Below, one piece after another: positions 12,873 through 27,034 of a DNA stretch of 64,000 nucleotides; position 1 is the stretch's first letter, and every line of letters begins with the position of its first letter. The position numbers were made by a program, and so were the translations under genes. Origin of the DNA: Eledone cirrhosa. Its lineage: Eukaryota. The notes beneath the pieces are model-generated. The model had not been told where the DNA came from, did no database searches, and saw only the letters and a list, made by a program, of their open reading frames with translations. The DNA is taken from the NCBI GenBank assembly GCA_964016885.1, contig OZ024743.1, positions 343,666,001 through 343,730,000 of the forward strand, written 5' to 3'.

Positions 12873-13407
12873 ATTTTATTCTTTTCCTGATTTTGATTTT
12901 GAATTCTTTTTGTTTTTTTTTTACTTTAGTTTCACTGATGATTTGTCCTCTGTTTCCCAGTGTAGCCTCACCTGTCAATCAATATATAGCTACACACCTG
13001 AAGAAATGGATTTGAATAATGTGAACTCAATCTAATTAATTTCTCATTTTTTATCGAAAGTCTTTAAGCTTAGCCATTGGGCATAAAATCCTAATATTGA
13101 AACGTATGTAGAATAAAATAATGTTATAAGTCGAAATTGGTTATTGCCTCTATTTCAAAACTATTTTTGAAAAAGCATAAGAAATGCGCAACCGGTAAAA
13201 ACTTAAAACTAAAACTGAATACTAACTGAATACTAACTAATACTTATTACTAATTTACGGGGTCGATAAAATAAAGTACCAGTAATGTACTGGGTAATTG
13301 CTGGCCTTGTGCCTAAAGTAGAAACAATTACTAATTTATACTTATTCCTAATTAAACTATTTTTCACTGGGAAAAATTTGTCAGCATTTTCTTTCCCTTT
13401 TTACTAA

Positions 13408-13449
13408 TATATATATATATATATATATATATGGGTGTGTGTGTGTGTG

Positions 13450-13534
<85 letters not shown>
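13408..13534. repeat. (TA)n + (GT)n microsatellite
   Basis: Direct observation. Confidence 0.95.
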
Positions 13535-13536
<2 letters not shown>

Positions 13537-13537
13537 A

Positions 13538-13665
13538 GAAATAACAACACAACCGGTACAGTATATAGAAGGAATATATTAGTTTAACGCTTGAAATAGC
13601 AGGAAGAGGGTCTTAACGTTTCGGACGCTAGTCCTTCATCAGAAGAAAGAATGAAAAATTAAAAA
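13538..13665 (-). mobile_element. Penelope-like terminal-repeat remnant (copies also at ~23960-24100 and ~26555-26705)
   Basis: Shared cagaaataac...ggaatatattagtttaacgcttgaaatagcagg...cttaacgtttcggacgctagtccttcatcagaagaaagaatgag; carries a minimal hammerhead core. Confidence 0.6.
13611..13646 (-). ncRNA. Minimal type I hammerhead ribozyme motif
   Basis: Minus strand tctt-CTGATGA-a-GGAC-tagc-GTCC-GAAA-cg-TT-aaga: stem I tctt/aaga, stem II 4 bp, palindromic AACGTT stem III. Confidence 0.65.
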
Positions 13666-13889
13666 GATTGAAGGGACGAGTAGGGCGGAATCGGAAAAAA
13701 ATATATATAACGACAAAACAAAAGTATAAAAAGTATTATTAGTTTCACGCTTTATATGGAAAAGGGGAAAGAAAGTTCGACATATCGGGCTTTAGCCCTT
13801 CTTCAGGAGTATAAAAATTGAGATAGGATCACAAAGGATAGGTACAGGAATAAAAGGTAGCCCGCAGTAAAAAAACCGAAAATAATGAA

Positions 13890-14060
13890 AACAAACACAC
13901 ACGCACACACACGTACACAGACACACACACACAGACACACACGCGCACACACACACACGCACGCACACATGCACACGCACACAGACACACACACACAGAC
14001 ACACATACAGACAGACACACACACAGAGACACACAGACACACGCACACAGAGACACACAC

Positions 14061-14130
<70 letters not shown>
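13890..14130. repeat. Compound (CA)n/(CAGA)n microsatellite
   Basis: Direct observation. Confidence 0.95.
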
Positions 14131-14131
<1 letters not shown>

Positions 14132-16394
14132 TTCAAAATAGGATAAAGACAATAGAAAAAACAATGGAAAGACGAACAGTCTCATCTCAGTCAACCTCTG
14201 GAAATCACTATGATTTCAGGTCTTTAAGGTTGATACTTCCCTCGAGTGCACATTCAGACATAACAAAACAGGTAGAGACAAGTTATGCCTTAGGTGAATT
14301 ACACATATATAGATGAAAAAATATCCCAAGTGTATCAAATGACAAAGAAGAGAGAAAATGGTGCTCAAAAGAGAAAAAAAATTTAGAAAGAAGAGAAATA
14401 GTAAAACAGAAGAGAATTATATGAACAGTAGTCCAACGTGCAGACAAAGAAGGATACTGAGGCGTAGATATATATATTCCTCTATTATGTGTTCCTGCCG
14501 ACAGGTTGAGGCCATGCTGGGGCACCGCCATTATATATGTATATATAGTACATATATCTCTATTTAAAAAAAAAAAATCTTAGTTTTTTAATTTTAATTT
14601 TTTAATTTTTTAATTTTTTAATTTTATAATTTCCCATTTTCAGATTCCTGTAGAATTCTTTTTTCGCCTGCTTTCTAGCTAGCCTAATTCATCCACACTC
14701 CTTAGAATTTGTTGTACAGTATTTATTTTCAATGCTTGACCGACTTCACCCACTCCCGCATTGTTCTATAGACAAGTTCAGCCACCCCCACCCCTACCCA
14801 CCACCATGAAAGATTTAACTGTGTTCACAAGAAATTTTGACCAATCCTTTTGACAACTACAACCTTCAGAAATGCATGATACTCGCATGCCCATATATGG
14901 AATTACCCCTTGAAAAGTTCGGCTATTTATTACTACGCTAAAAATCTAACTTAGTCCAGAAATAGCCGTCGAAACGGCTTGAGCTCTGCCGTTGGGGTCC
15001 TGAACATTTTCCTATATATATATATATATTGTTATACTTTGGGAGGGTCATGTTGCCAATAAGAAACACACGCACCAGTTGCTTTCACTCCAATTTATTA
15101 TAAAATCGATTTGGTAATTAGCATCCCAAGACCAAGATTTCCTTCATCAGTAGGGGTAGGTCTTCTATATATATATATCTCACACTGTATGAATTATTAA
15201 TACTAGCGAACTGCCCGGGGTGGAATTTTAAAATATTCTCCACAAGGTGTTAAAGTAAGATTTAACGGAAAGGACAGATATAACTTGTATAATAATCCTG
15301 TGACCTAATGTTCATGGACCTTTTTATTGAGAAACACAATCGATATATATTTTATATGTACCGATTACACCTAGATTTTGTATATTTCTAATTCTAATTT
15401 TAAAAAAATTAGTCGAGTTACCTTAATGGGACCTACTTGGTGTATTTGTAGCATCCCTCAATAAATACTGCTTCTACTCTAATAGTTAAGTGGCCAACAA
15501 CAGTAATAGTTTCAAGCTATAGGCGCCCTGGCTTCCCAAACACCAATATAAAGCACACGCAACGTTACACGATGATGGCATCACACTTACCTCTTATTTT
15601 GGCGGTTCTCACTCGTGGACAAAAATCTCTTCCATGTGTAAAAGTAGAATATGAAAGTAATGAATTCTACTAACCTTAGTTGAAGTTGGTATGCCTGGCC
15701 AGAACAACCGACCACATAGGTCGGAACTGCCGGGTCGGCTTGGAAGCGAGAGTCTGTCTGTGCTAGAGCAAACAAGCAGACTTTTTTAGGGGAAGGGGTC
15801 AAAATTTCTTGTAATTATAATGGCTGAGCCTCCCAGAAACACTAAAGTGATGGCCTTTCCTTTTAAACAAAGGCAATAATTCAAATGACAACATACGAAT
15901 TCAAACAAGGGGATTGGTACTTAAGTTAGACTGATGAGGTTAAAAATCAGTGTGTGTTGTTAATATGCAACTATATGAAAACATGGGAATAATCTCTTTG
16001 GGGTTTTGCTACAAATATGCAAACAATACATTGAATCTATTTAACCATACCTATACTCCTAATCTCTTCACAATAGGCTCCAACAAACTACAAAGCACCC
16101 TTCGTATCAATACAGAACACTCGTAAATCATATCTTTAAACTACCCACAACGAACTGAAAATATAAAAAAATATAAGACTGCCTGGATATGAAGAGGCTG
16201 AGTTTGTTGTTGCAGTCAATCCCGACCCTCATAGTTCCTACCACTATGCATGCAATCGTACCCAAGAACCCAGACTTATCTGCAATATCCCCAAATAATA
16301 TAACAGCATCCTAATATCCATATTTATTCTATTCATCCAAGAGCTGGAAAGATAAGGATCCTAGGATGTTGTATTTTTGTGTGCATGTGTTATT

Positions 16395-16755
16395 TGTCCA
16401 GGCAGTCAGTAAATGGACCTCCGTCGGTTTCGTCGTTAATTATTCTAGTTTCTTGATCATTGGAAAAGATTATTCGTTAAAGAACGTGTAGGTGGCTAAG
16501 TATTCCACAGATGTGTACACTTTACGTAATTCTTTGGGAGATTCAGAGTGACATAGTGTGTAACACGGTTAGTATTTGAATTTATAGATACAATCCATTA
16601 GACGGGCTTCTTAACGTTTACCGTCTATCAGATTTTACTCACAAAGCATAGATCGACCCCGAAATATAGTAAGAGAAAGTTTCTCAAGATGTCATGTAAT
16701 GAGATCGAACCAAGAATCTTGTGATTGTAAAACAAACTTTTAATCATTCGACAAT
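16395..16755 (-). mobile_element. Degenerate SINE
   Basis: Reverse-complement tRNA-like head (gagatcgaaccaag...cttttaatcattc) at the right end with a diverged body. Confidence 0.45.
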
Positions 16756-16999
16756 GTTGCTTTAATTTTAATTTTTTTTTTAAATTTTAAGACAGTGCAG
16801 AGAAAGGGTTCGGTAGAAGTGAAAAGAAGATAGGGGAGGTAACTGGTGCTAGAACAAATTGACGATTGGTATTATGTCTGACAGATGAAATATCTTAACA
16901 CTTGATTGACCGAATCACCACTGTTGTATCATAGTTTACTGATAGTCTCCTTATCTTGCTGACTGGGGAAGAGGAGGAGGAGGTGGAAATGGTGGCATA

Positions 17000-17336
17000 T
17001 TACACATACACAGGCATACGCACACACCTATAGACACATCTTTACATACATATGTCTATGCATATTTACATATCCATAGACACATAATTTTGTACATGCA
17101 TAAACAAGAATATACACTCAGACACACGCACAAGTGCATGTGCACACACAGACACACAAATGCATATGTACACACACATACACACTCCCATAGATGCACA
17201 TGCACGGACGCACATACATAATATCATACACATATGCACATATAAATATACTTATACATTTATATATACATCTGTAAACACAAATGAACATACACACATT
17301 CACACACACACACGCACACACGCACACACACACACG

Positions 17337-17403
<67 letters not shown>

Positions 17404-17650
17404 GCACACACACGCACGCGCACACACGCAGACATACCACACCACACACAGAGATGCAATCATCCCTACGGACATACACTAATATACATATCTATGGACA
17501 TACATACACACATACACATACACACACAAACATCCTTCGAACATACATACACTGATATACATTGACATAGGCATAGACACAGACATCTTTACATACATAC
17601 ATACATACATACATGCATACATACATATATAAATACATACATATATACAT
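17000..17650. repeat. (CA)n/(TACA)n low-complexity tract
   Basis: Direct observation. Confidence 0.9.
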
Positions 17651-18257
17651 GGTGGCTACCAACTCGTTTTCGAGTACGGCCACTACTTTATATCCATGTA
17701 GGAGAACCCCTACCGATGCGCTGAATGAGTGTGACTTTTTAGTCCAGCCAGCGACTTGAAAACTCTGGTAGAACACTACACCTGTGACAATTATTGACAC
17801 ATAGTGCTGGGCCCATGGTACCATGTGACGACAAGTGCAGAGAGATCTCCAGATATAAAGCAATGCCTGTGCCGTGAAGCTTTTATAGTGAGCAAAGGCA
17901 CTGCACAAAGCCAGTCCCACTCTCTTAACCAAGATGATATTTACCAAAAAGAAGAACAAGTCAACATCATTGGATATCATCAGAGTTGCAGGTGTTATAT
18001 CAGAGTTTTTCTTCTCCTAGAATTCTGCCTTGACAAAGGCTAAGGGGTCATCTCTCCCGATGATTTTGGATGGCCATTGACTCTTAAGAGCTCCTTTGCC
18101 CTTTGACAGGTTTTGTTTTTAGTCCTGCAGGATGTCCAAAGTCACCCTCCTCACCAAGAAATCTTGGTGGGGTTGCCAGTTTAGTCGCCAACGACCCGAC
18201 CATGAGACAGGTTGTACTGGGATACATGTTACCAGTAGCACCAACTGGTGACCTGAC
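17651..18257 (-). mobile_element. ~600-bp non-coding retroposon with (ATGT)n tail, embedded in (TACA)n
   Basis: Highly similar reverse-complement copy at 23085-23668 and diverged partial copy at ~62010-62283; contains ctaggagaaggaaaactctga, reminiscent of RTE 5' UTRs. Confidence 0.8.
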
Positions 18258-18446
18258 ATACATGCATACATACATACATACATACATACATACATTCATA
18301 CATACATATATACATACATAAATATATATATGCATACATACATACATAAATACATACATACATACATGCATACATACATAAATACATATATGCATACATA
18401 CATACATAAATATATACATAAATACATACATACATACATACATACA
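18258..18446. repeat. (TACA)n microsatellite
   Basis: Direct observation. Confidence 0.95.
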
Positions 18447-21210
18447 TAAAAAAGTTAGAGAGACGATTTGGAGATACAAAATTAAAAACTTTAAACTCCA
18501 AATTACACCAGTTGAAACAACAACTCACAGCTACAACAAAAAGACTAAAATATAAGTCAACAGCACATAAACGACAAGTGCTAAATAGATTGTTTGCCAG
18601 AGATCCTAAATCAGTTTATCGCAGCTTCGGTGGCAAAAGCTCAATCTCTGTAAATGACACCCCTTCAAAAGAACAGGTTGAGAGCTATTGGAGATCTGTA
18701 TGGGAAACGGATGACGGATTCAACAGACAAACTAATTGGCTAAAAGAACTGGAAGAGGACTACTGCCAACATGTCCAGACAAAACAATATGACATAGATG
18801 TGTCAATACTGGAAACAGCTCTACAGAAAAAGTCGAATAGGAAATCACCAGGCCCAGACCTCATTACAGGATACTGGTTGAAGAATTTCACTTTCTATCG
18901 GCAAGATCTCATACGGCTGTTTACAGAAACCATTAAAGGCTCACAAGAACTGCCCAGATGGTTATCAACTGCCACTACTCTCCTCATTCCCCAAAATAGC
19001 CAAACCAGCCTTGCTAAAAATTACCGCCCAATAGCCTGCCAAAACATCATGTATAAATTATATACTGGGTACCTTAACTTGTTCTTACAGGATCACTGTG
19101 CTACCAACAACATCATAACACCTGAGCAAGCTGGTGGAAAGAGGGGGGTGTGGGGTTGCATAGATCACCTACTAACTAATAAAATGATTCAAGAAAAAAC
19201 AACAAAGAATCCCAGAAACATGACTGTGGTGTGGCTGGACTATCAAAAAGCATTTGATAGTGTACCTCATGGGTGGATTGTTAAGGCTTTACAGTTAGCC
19301 AAAGTCCCACAACCACTGGTAGCTGCTGTTGAACATCTGACCAAGAACTGGTTCACCAATTTGATCCTTAGAGGTGAGAAGGAGCAAGTTAAGACTGATA
19401 AGATACATTACCAGAAGGGCATCTTTCAGGGCGATAGCTTGTCAGTGCTACTCTTCGTTCTCTCACTGAATCCACTATCTTACCTACTCAGGAAACAAGG
19501 TGGACAAAGAAGTGGGCCCAGAAGTATCTCCCATTTCTTTGTTGATGACCTGAAGTTGTATGGGCCAAATATCAATGACATCAAGAAACAATTGGACCTC
19601 ATTACACAATTTTCAACAGACATCAAAATGAAATTTGGTGAGTCCAAGTGTGCATATTTGGCAGTAAAACGTGGAAGAGCTGTGCCCTCCTCTAGAAATC
19701 TAGAGATGAGCGGCCTGACAATACAACCTCTACAGTCAGGTGACAACTACAGATATCTTGGACAAGATGAGAATGTCAGATATGATGGAGCCATAAATAA
19801 GGAGAGAACCAGAACTGAATACCTCAGAAGAGTAAAGAAAATATGGTCATCAGAACTGTCAGCATACAACAAATACACTGCCCACAATACTTATGCTGTG
19901 CCAATTCTAACGCCAACATTTGGCCTGCTCAACTGGTCATTGCAAGAACTAAGTGAGATGGATGTTAGAACTCGCAAACTTCTTAGTGTTACTGGGAACT
20001 TTAACATCAATGGTGATGTGGATAGGCTATATTTCTCACGCAAGGAAGGTGGCCGGGGCCTAAAATCCATATTAACATCATATGAGACCCGGATACTAAT
20101 ACTGAAGCAACATTTTCAACAGAGGAAAAAGGTTGGCAACCATCTTGCCCAGGTTTATGAGCATGAAAAAAAAAATCATTAGAATAGCCACTGATCTGGA
20201 GGAGAGATATGGAATAAAGCCTGATATAAATCTCTCACCCAGAGAAATCGGAAGATCCTATTCAAAGATAAAACAAGATGAAAAAAATTGACCAATTTAC
20301 AGAAAAAGTTGTGCATGGATACTTGAGACGTAAAACACAGACCATAGAGGGGATAAACCACTCAAAAACCTGGTATGGAGTTCCGACAAGTTTATGACAT
20401 CACACCTTGAGGGATATCTCTATGCAATACAGAAACAAGAATTCCCTACCAAATATCTGCTGCACAAAAGGGGAGGGCCAACAGCTGACAATAAATGTAG
20501 GCTATGTAAAACAAAGATCGAGGATGTAAGCCACATTGTTTCCAGCTGCGAAAGAATGTCATCTCGCTATTACCTCCCCATGAGACACGATGGGATAGCT
20601 AGAACCATCTGGAACGCACTTCGGAAAACAAAATTAACAACAAACAAGGAAGAATATATTGAGACAGATGGCACTAAGGAATACTGGTGGAACCTGAAAA
20701 TAAAAACTGCCACCAAATTAAAGCACAACCGGCCTGATATTGTTGTTTGGGACCACATATTGAAAACGTGTTCTGTTGTGGAGATCAGCTGCCCACTTGA
20801 TGTAAACGTTGTCAGAAAAATACAGGAGAAGGAGGACATCTACGGACCATTGATGAGGAGTTTACAAATCCAGTATCCAAGATACACCTTTAGCTTCATA
20901 CCCATCATTATTGGAGCTACGGGTTATATACCAACCCGCTTGGACCAAAGTATGACTGAACTTGGATTTGCGGACAAAGAGCGCAGCTCCCTAATTCATA
21001 GTCTACAAATGGCTGCGATAGCTGGCACCTTCAAAATTTGCAAAACATTCTTGCGATTCAAGGGATAACAATTCCTTTTCTTTTACAACCTTGCCACTAG
21101 GAAGGTGGCCGGTCAAAAAAATATACTCAAAATTAAGAGAAAGAGATAACATACATACATACATACATAAATACATACATACATACATACATACATACAT
21201 AAATACATAC
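18447..21210 (+). mobile_element. R4-clade-like RLE non-LTR retrotransposon, 5'-truncated, (TACA)n on both sides
   Basis: RT motifs SPGPD, NYRPIAC, DYQKAFDSVPH, GIFQGDSLS, FVDD, GGRGL; C-terminal CRLC...H...C, RHD, RPDIVV...VEISCP; 3' UTR followed by (ACAT)n. Confidence 0.9.
18512..21068 (+). pseudogene. RT + zinc knuckle + restriction-like endonuclease ORF, disrupted near 20170-20390
   Basis: ORF pieces 18512-20182 and 20394-21068; break at an A homopolymer. Confidence 0.85.
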
Positions 21211-21381
21211 ATGCATAGACATACGCAACCATCGTTACTGAGATACACTAATATACATATCTATGAGCACATATATACATGCAGACACAAATACATCCAC
21301 ATACACAAACATACAAAAGTATCCATACGGAAATATACATAAGTACACACACACATGCACACGCACGCACACGCACTACAC

Positions 21382-22634
<1,253 letters not shown>

Positions 22635-22721
22635 TCACATAATACCCAAAACCACACACATACATATATACATAACCAAATATACTTTACATAACCAAAT
22701 CTACTATACATCACGCCACAC

Positions 22722-22908
22722 ATAGGAGTTCTAGGCGGTCGCTTGACCAGCAGAAATAGCAGCTAAATTCCCCCCAAACCACACCCTTCTATATTAAAAA
22801 AGTAAGAACACGTTGAACAATGTACTTAAAGATATACAAAAAATGGTCATGGCTGGAACGCCTTTGATAATAAATCTGCTGAATCAGGGTGTATTGAGGG
22901 CTACACAA
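22722..22908 (+). repeat. SINE-like dispersed repeat (related fragment at ~3665-3740)
   Basis: ggtcgcttgaccagcagaaatagcagctaaattccccc resembles gtcacttggcatgctagaaataacaagcaaatctccc. Confidence 0.45.
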
Positions 22909-23048
22909 AAATGTGTATATACTCATATACACACGCTTCAGTATATGCATATGTACATGCACTTATCTAACACATTCATAAATATGAAAATATGCACGCA
23001 TATATATATATAGATATAATGATAAAATATGCACTGGCGCGCGCACAC

Positions 23049-23079
<31 letters not shown>

Positions 23080-23084
23080 TGTAT

Positions 23085-23668
23085 GGTAACATGTATCCCA
23101 GTACAACCTGTCCCATGGTCGGGTCGTTGGCGACTAAACTGGCAACCCCACCAAGGTTTCTTGGTGAGGAGGGTGACTTTGGACATCCTGCAGGACTAAA
23201 AACAAGACCTGTCAAAGGGCAAAGGAGCTCTTAAGAGTCAATGGCCATCCAAAATCACCGGGAGAGATGACCCCTTAGCCTTTGTCAAGGCAGAATTCTA
23301 GGAGAAGGAAAACTCTGATATAACACCTGCAACTCTGATGGTATCCAATGATGTTGACTTGTTCTTCTTTTTGGTAAATATCATCTTGGTTAAGAGAGTG
23401 GGACTGGCTTTGTGCAGTGCCTTTGCTCACTATAAAAGCTTCACGGCACAGGCATTGCTTTATATCTGGAGATCTCTCTGCACTTGTCGTCACAGGGTAC
23501 CATGACCCCAGCACTATGTGTCAATATTTGTCACAAGTGTAGTGTTTGTACCAGAGTTTTCAAGTCGCTGGCTGGACTAAAAGGTCACACTCGTTCAGTG
23601 CATCGGTAGGGGTTCTCCTATATGGATATAAAGTAGTGGCCGTACTCGAAAACGAGTTGGCAGCCACC
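23085..23668 (+). mobile_element. Second copy of the (ATGT)n-tailed retroposon, ~24 nt shorter at the 5' end
   Basis: Reverse complement of 17651-18233; (ATGT)n on both sides. Confidence 0.85.
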
Positions 23669-24370
23669 ATGTATGTATGTATGTATGTATGTATGTATGT
23701 ATGTATGTATGTATGTATGTATGTATGTATGTATGTATGCATGTATGTATGTATGAGTGTGTGTATGTATGTATGCATGCATGTGTCTATGTATGTATAA
23801 ATTTAAATATATATAATTAAAAAAACATTTAGAATACCATACACTATCAGTTTTAAAGTAGTGACTATGTCACTTACTTCTTTTCGGCGAAAGAAGGGAG
23901 AGAAGCTGACAGTCTGTTTCGCGCTGGTTGGCGTTCACCATAAATATATATGTATGTAAAAGGTAAACAGAAATAACAAAAATAACAAAACAAACGGCGC
24001 AGTACATGGAAGGAATATATTAGTTTAACGCTTGAAATAGCAGGTGAGAGTCTTAACGTTTCGGATGCTAGTCTTTCATCAGAAGAAAGAATGAGATGGC
24101 TGAGCAACAGCTAGTTCCAAATATGTTTACACACGCCAAGGACGGACAACGGAAGTCCCACCCTGGAATTATCCCCTTTTCTACTGATTTATGTACTTTA
24201 AAGTAAGGGTCATTCCTTCTAGAGCAGATATAATTGCAACACGACGAAACAAGACGACAAAATACAGTAACATAGGAAAAATAGTGTCTTTTCGACTAAA
24301 TACAGAAGTAAACTACAAAAATGGTACATAATAATAATGAAACAAGGATAATTGTGGGATAAATTCATTT

Positions 24371-24910
24371 ATGCAGCGACACATTCTCCAGTGGCAACCT
24401 GGTGCAGTCACTAAGGTCACTACACTTTCCTGTCACTACAGTGTCGGTCGCCTTCCACGCAATGCTGCTCCCAACGAGGTCATAAAGCATGGCTTGGATG
24501 CTGCAGACTTCCCCTCCCAACTCGAGCCAGTGGGGACGGCAAAAGGCCAGACGGCATGACCATCTTCTCGTTACGCGATGGTAAACCCCTCATCTGGGAT
24601 GCCACAGGCAGCGAGACATTCACCAGCGGTAACCTTGTGCAGTCTGCGACTAACCCAGGCTCTGCTGCACTTCAGGCCGAGGAGGGTAAACTCTGCAAAT
24701 ATCAGTCGCTATCCGACAGGTTTTGCGGTCGAGCCCGTGGCAGTGGAGACTTCTGGTGTCCTTGGCTCTACAGCCACATCCCTGCTCACCATCATCAAAA
24801 CAGAGTTGGCAACCCGCGGGTGTGAGCCTCGGGAGCTGGAATGGCTCTTCCATCACGTCTCCTTCACCATCCTCTATTCTGTCATCCGAGGAAGCGGGGC
24901 GGCCAGCACA
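24371..24910 (+). pseudogene. C-terminal RLE fragment of a CRE-like non-LTR retrotransposon
   Basis: Across frames: SQLEPVG, RPDGMT, GKPLIWDAT, PGSAALQAEEGKLCKYQSL, PVAVETSGVLG, EPRELEWLF, IRGSGAAS. Confidence 0.75.
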
Positions 24911-25105
24911 TGGGCCCCCATTTTCTCACTATAGTGAGAGATGGGGGAGAGCGGGAAAAACGGAGACAATGACAGTGAAAGTTTGGTTATTATATATTTA
25001 TATATATATACTTACATTCGGCTTTATATTACAGTTCTTTTCAACAATATTTTACCAATTCATCAAAACAGGAACATTACTTTCTTTATCTAAATTACTA
25101 ATAAC

Positions 25106-25501
25106 TCTGTGAAGTTACATTCATTCAATTTATTGGAGTTTAATTGCTGATTGTACAAACGCATTGAGCTTTAAATCCTCTTGTCATATCATAATAAAGT
25201 TGGTTATCTTGACTTGTCAAACTTCTTTACACACACACACACACACACACACACCCACACCCACACCCACACCCACACCCACCCACACCCACACCCACAC
25301 CCACACAGACACACCCACATCCCCACACACGCGCCCACACACACACACGCACAGACATACGTGTACGCGCGCGCATACACACACACACACATATATACAT
25401 AAAGAAGTTTGACAAGTCGAGATATCAAGGATTTAAAGCTCAAAATATTTGTACAATCAGTAATTAGAGTTCAATAAATTGAACGAATGTAACTTCACAG
25501 A
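25106..25501. mobile_element. MITE-like element: ~100-120-bp inverted arms around a (CA)n core
   Basis: tctgtgaagttacattc...gacttgtcaaacttcttta versus taaagaagtttgacaagtc...gaatgtaacttcacaga. Confidence 0.75.
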
Positions 25502-25662
25502 ATATTAATAATATAAATAATTGTTTCTACGTTAGGCACAAGGCCAGCAATTACCCAGTGTATTACTGGTACTATAATAAATGAATAAATGAAATTATCC
25601 CACATTTATCCTTGGTTCAATGTTATATACATTAAATTCTCTCTCTCTCTCCCTCTCTCTCT

Positions 25663-25771
<109 letters not shown>

Positions 25772-26312
25772 TCGCAACAACGCAGCACGCCATTTTTTCA
25801 TTCACATATAATGTTTCCCCTCGCTGTGGTTCGTATTTTTTCTATCACCTTACTGCTATCCTCTTTCTCTCCCCCCTCCTCTCTCCTTGTACCTCTTGCT
25901 TTCATTCAGCCCCTCCGCTGGTCACACACTCTCTCGGCTGGCCCCTTCCACACACTTTCACTCACCCGCTCTCTGCTACTCCTCCTCTCTCACTTCCCCC
26001 CGTCTGACCTGTGTGAAATCCTTTTCTCTCTCACTTTTCGCGTGGCCCGGACGTGTCTGTTTCTTCTCGTCGATTGATTTGTTCGGACTTAAGTCCACAA
26101 GATTCATTGACTTGTCTCTCTTTTCCTCGCTTTACGTTGCATTAGTACTATGTCGTTTGTTTACTTTACCCTTCCAATTCGCTCTGTCCCGATAACTTAA
26201 TTTAGTTATCGCTCGCACTGATTTTAGGTATCTAGTCTTTAATGCGAAGAAATACCAATGATAATCAGCAGACTACTGATGATGAACAGTCCCGTTTCTC
26301 GGTCTATTTTTA

Positions 26313-26353
<41 letters not shown>

Positions 26354-26421
26354 TCTTCAAACAGAACTCAAAACGCTAAGTTCTAGTTTTGAATATGTCA
26401 CTCTCTGTAAAACAACTTTTG

Positions 26422-26483
26422 TATTTTATCTGATGAGCGTGTACCAAAAATTTTGGTACCCTTGAAATATATATAATAAAATA
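26422..26483 (+). ncRNA. Type I hammerhead ribozyme motif
   Basis: TATTTTAT-CTGATGA-gcgt-GTACCAAAA-a-TTTTGGTAC-cctt-GAAA-TATATATA-ATAAAATA: 8-bp stem I, hairpin stem II with a mismatched base, palindromic stem III. Confidence 0.6.
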
Positions 26484-26498
26484 AATATGGTTTTATAA

Positions 26499-26555
<57 letters not shown>

Positions 26556-26752
26556 AATGGTAAACAGAAATACCAACACAATCGGTACAGTATATGGAAA
26601 GAATATATTAGGTTAACGCTTGAAATAGCAGGATGAGGGTCTTAAAGTTTCGGATGCTAGTCCTTCATCAGAAGAAAGAATGAGAAATTAAACAGATTGA
26701 AGGACGGGCGGGGGGGGGGAGATATATATATATATATCGTAGGAACACATAC

Positions 26753-26755
<3 letters not shown>

Positions 26756-26821
<66 letters not shown>
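26756..26821. repeat. (ATT)22 tract upstream of Tx1-like copy 1
   Basis: Direct observation. Confidence 0.95.
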
Positions 26822-27034
26822 GAATGCCATGGTTGACGGAGGCTCGGCTCTGTAAGGTATAGTAATTTTTAACCGTTAAAACAATTGTAAATTGTTTAAA
26901 ACTTGAACCAAATTGTTGATAAAGACACCCTCCTCCTCGTGAGAGGGGTCTTTCTGTCCGTTATTTGGCCCTTCGGGGTTAAATAGCCAGTTATTGGGGT
27001 TTTGTACCCAAAATTTCATTTTAAACAAAAAAAC

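Noticed and set aside
26920-26953. TCCTCGT, the HDV-ribozyme L3 consensus, in the Tx1 5' UTR
   Set aside because: No compatible P1, P1.1 GG or P2 could be built; the region folds as a simple hairpin
27002-27034. ORF-track starts of ORF1 at a TTG codon
   Set aside because: Eukaryotic context; first ATG at 27035 (aaacATGG) is the plausible start
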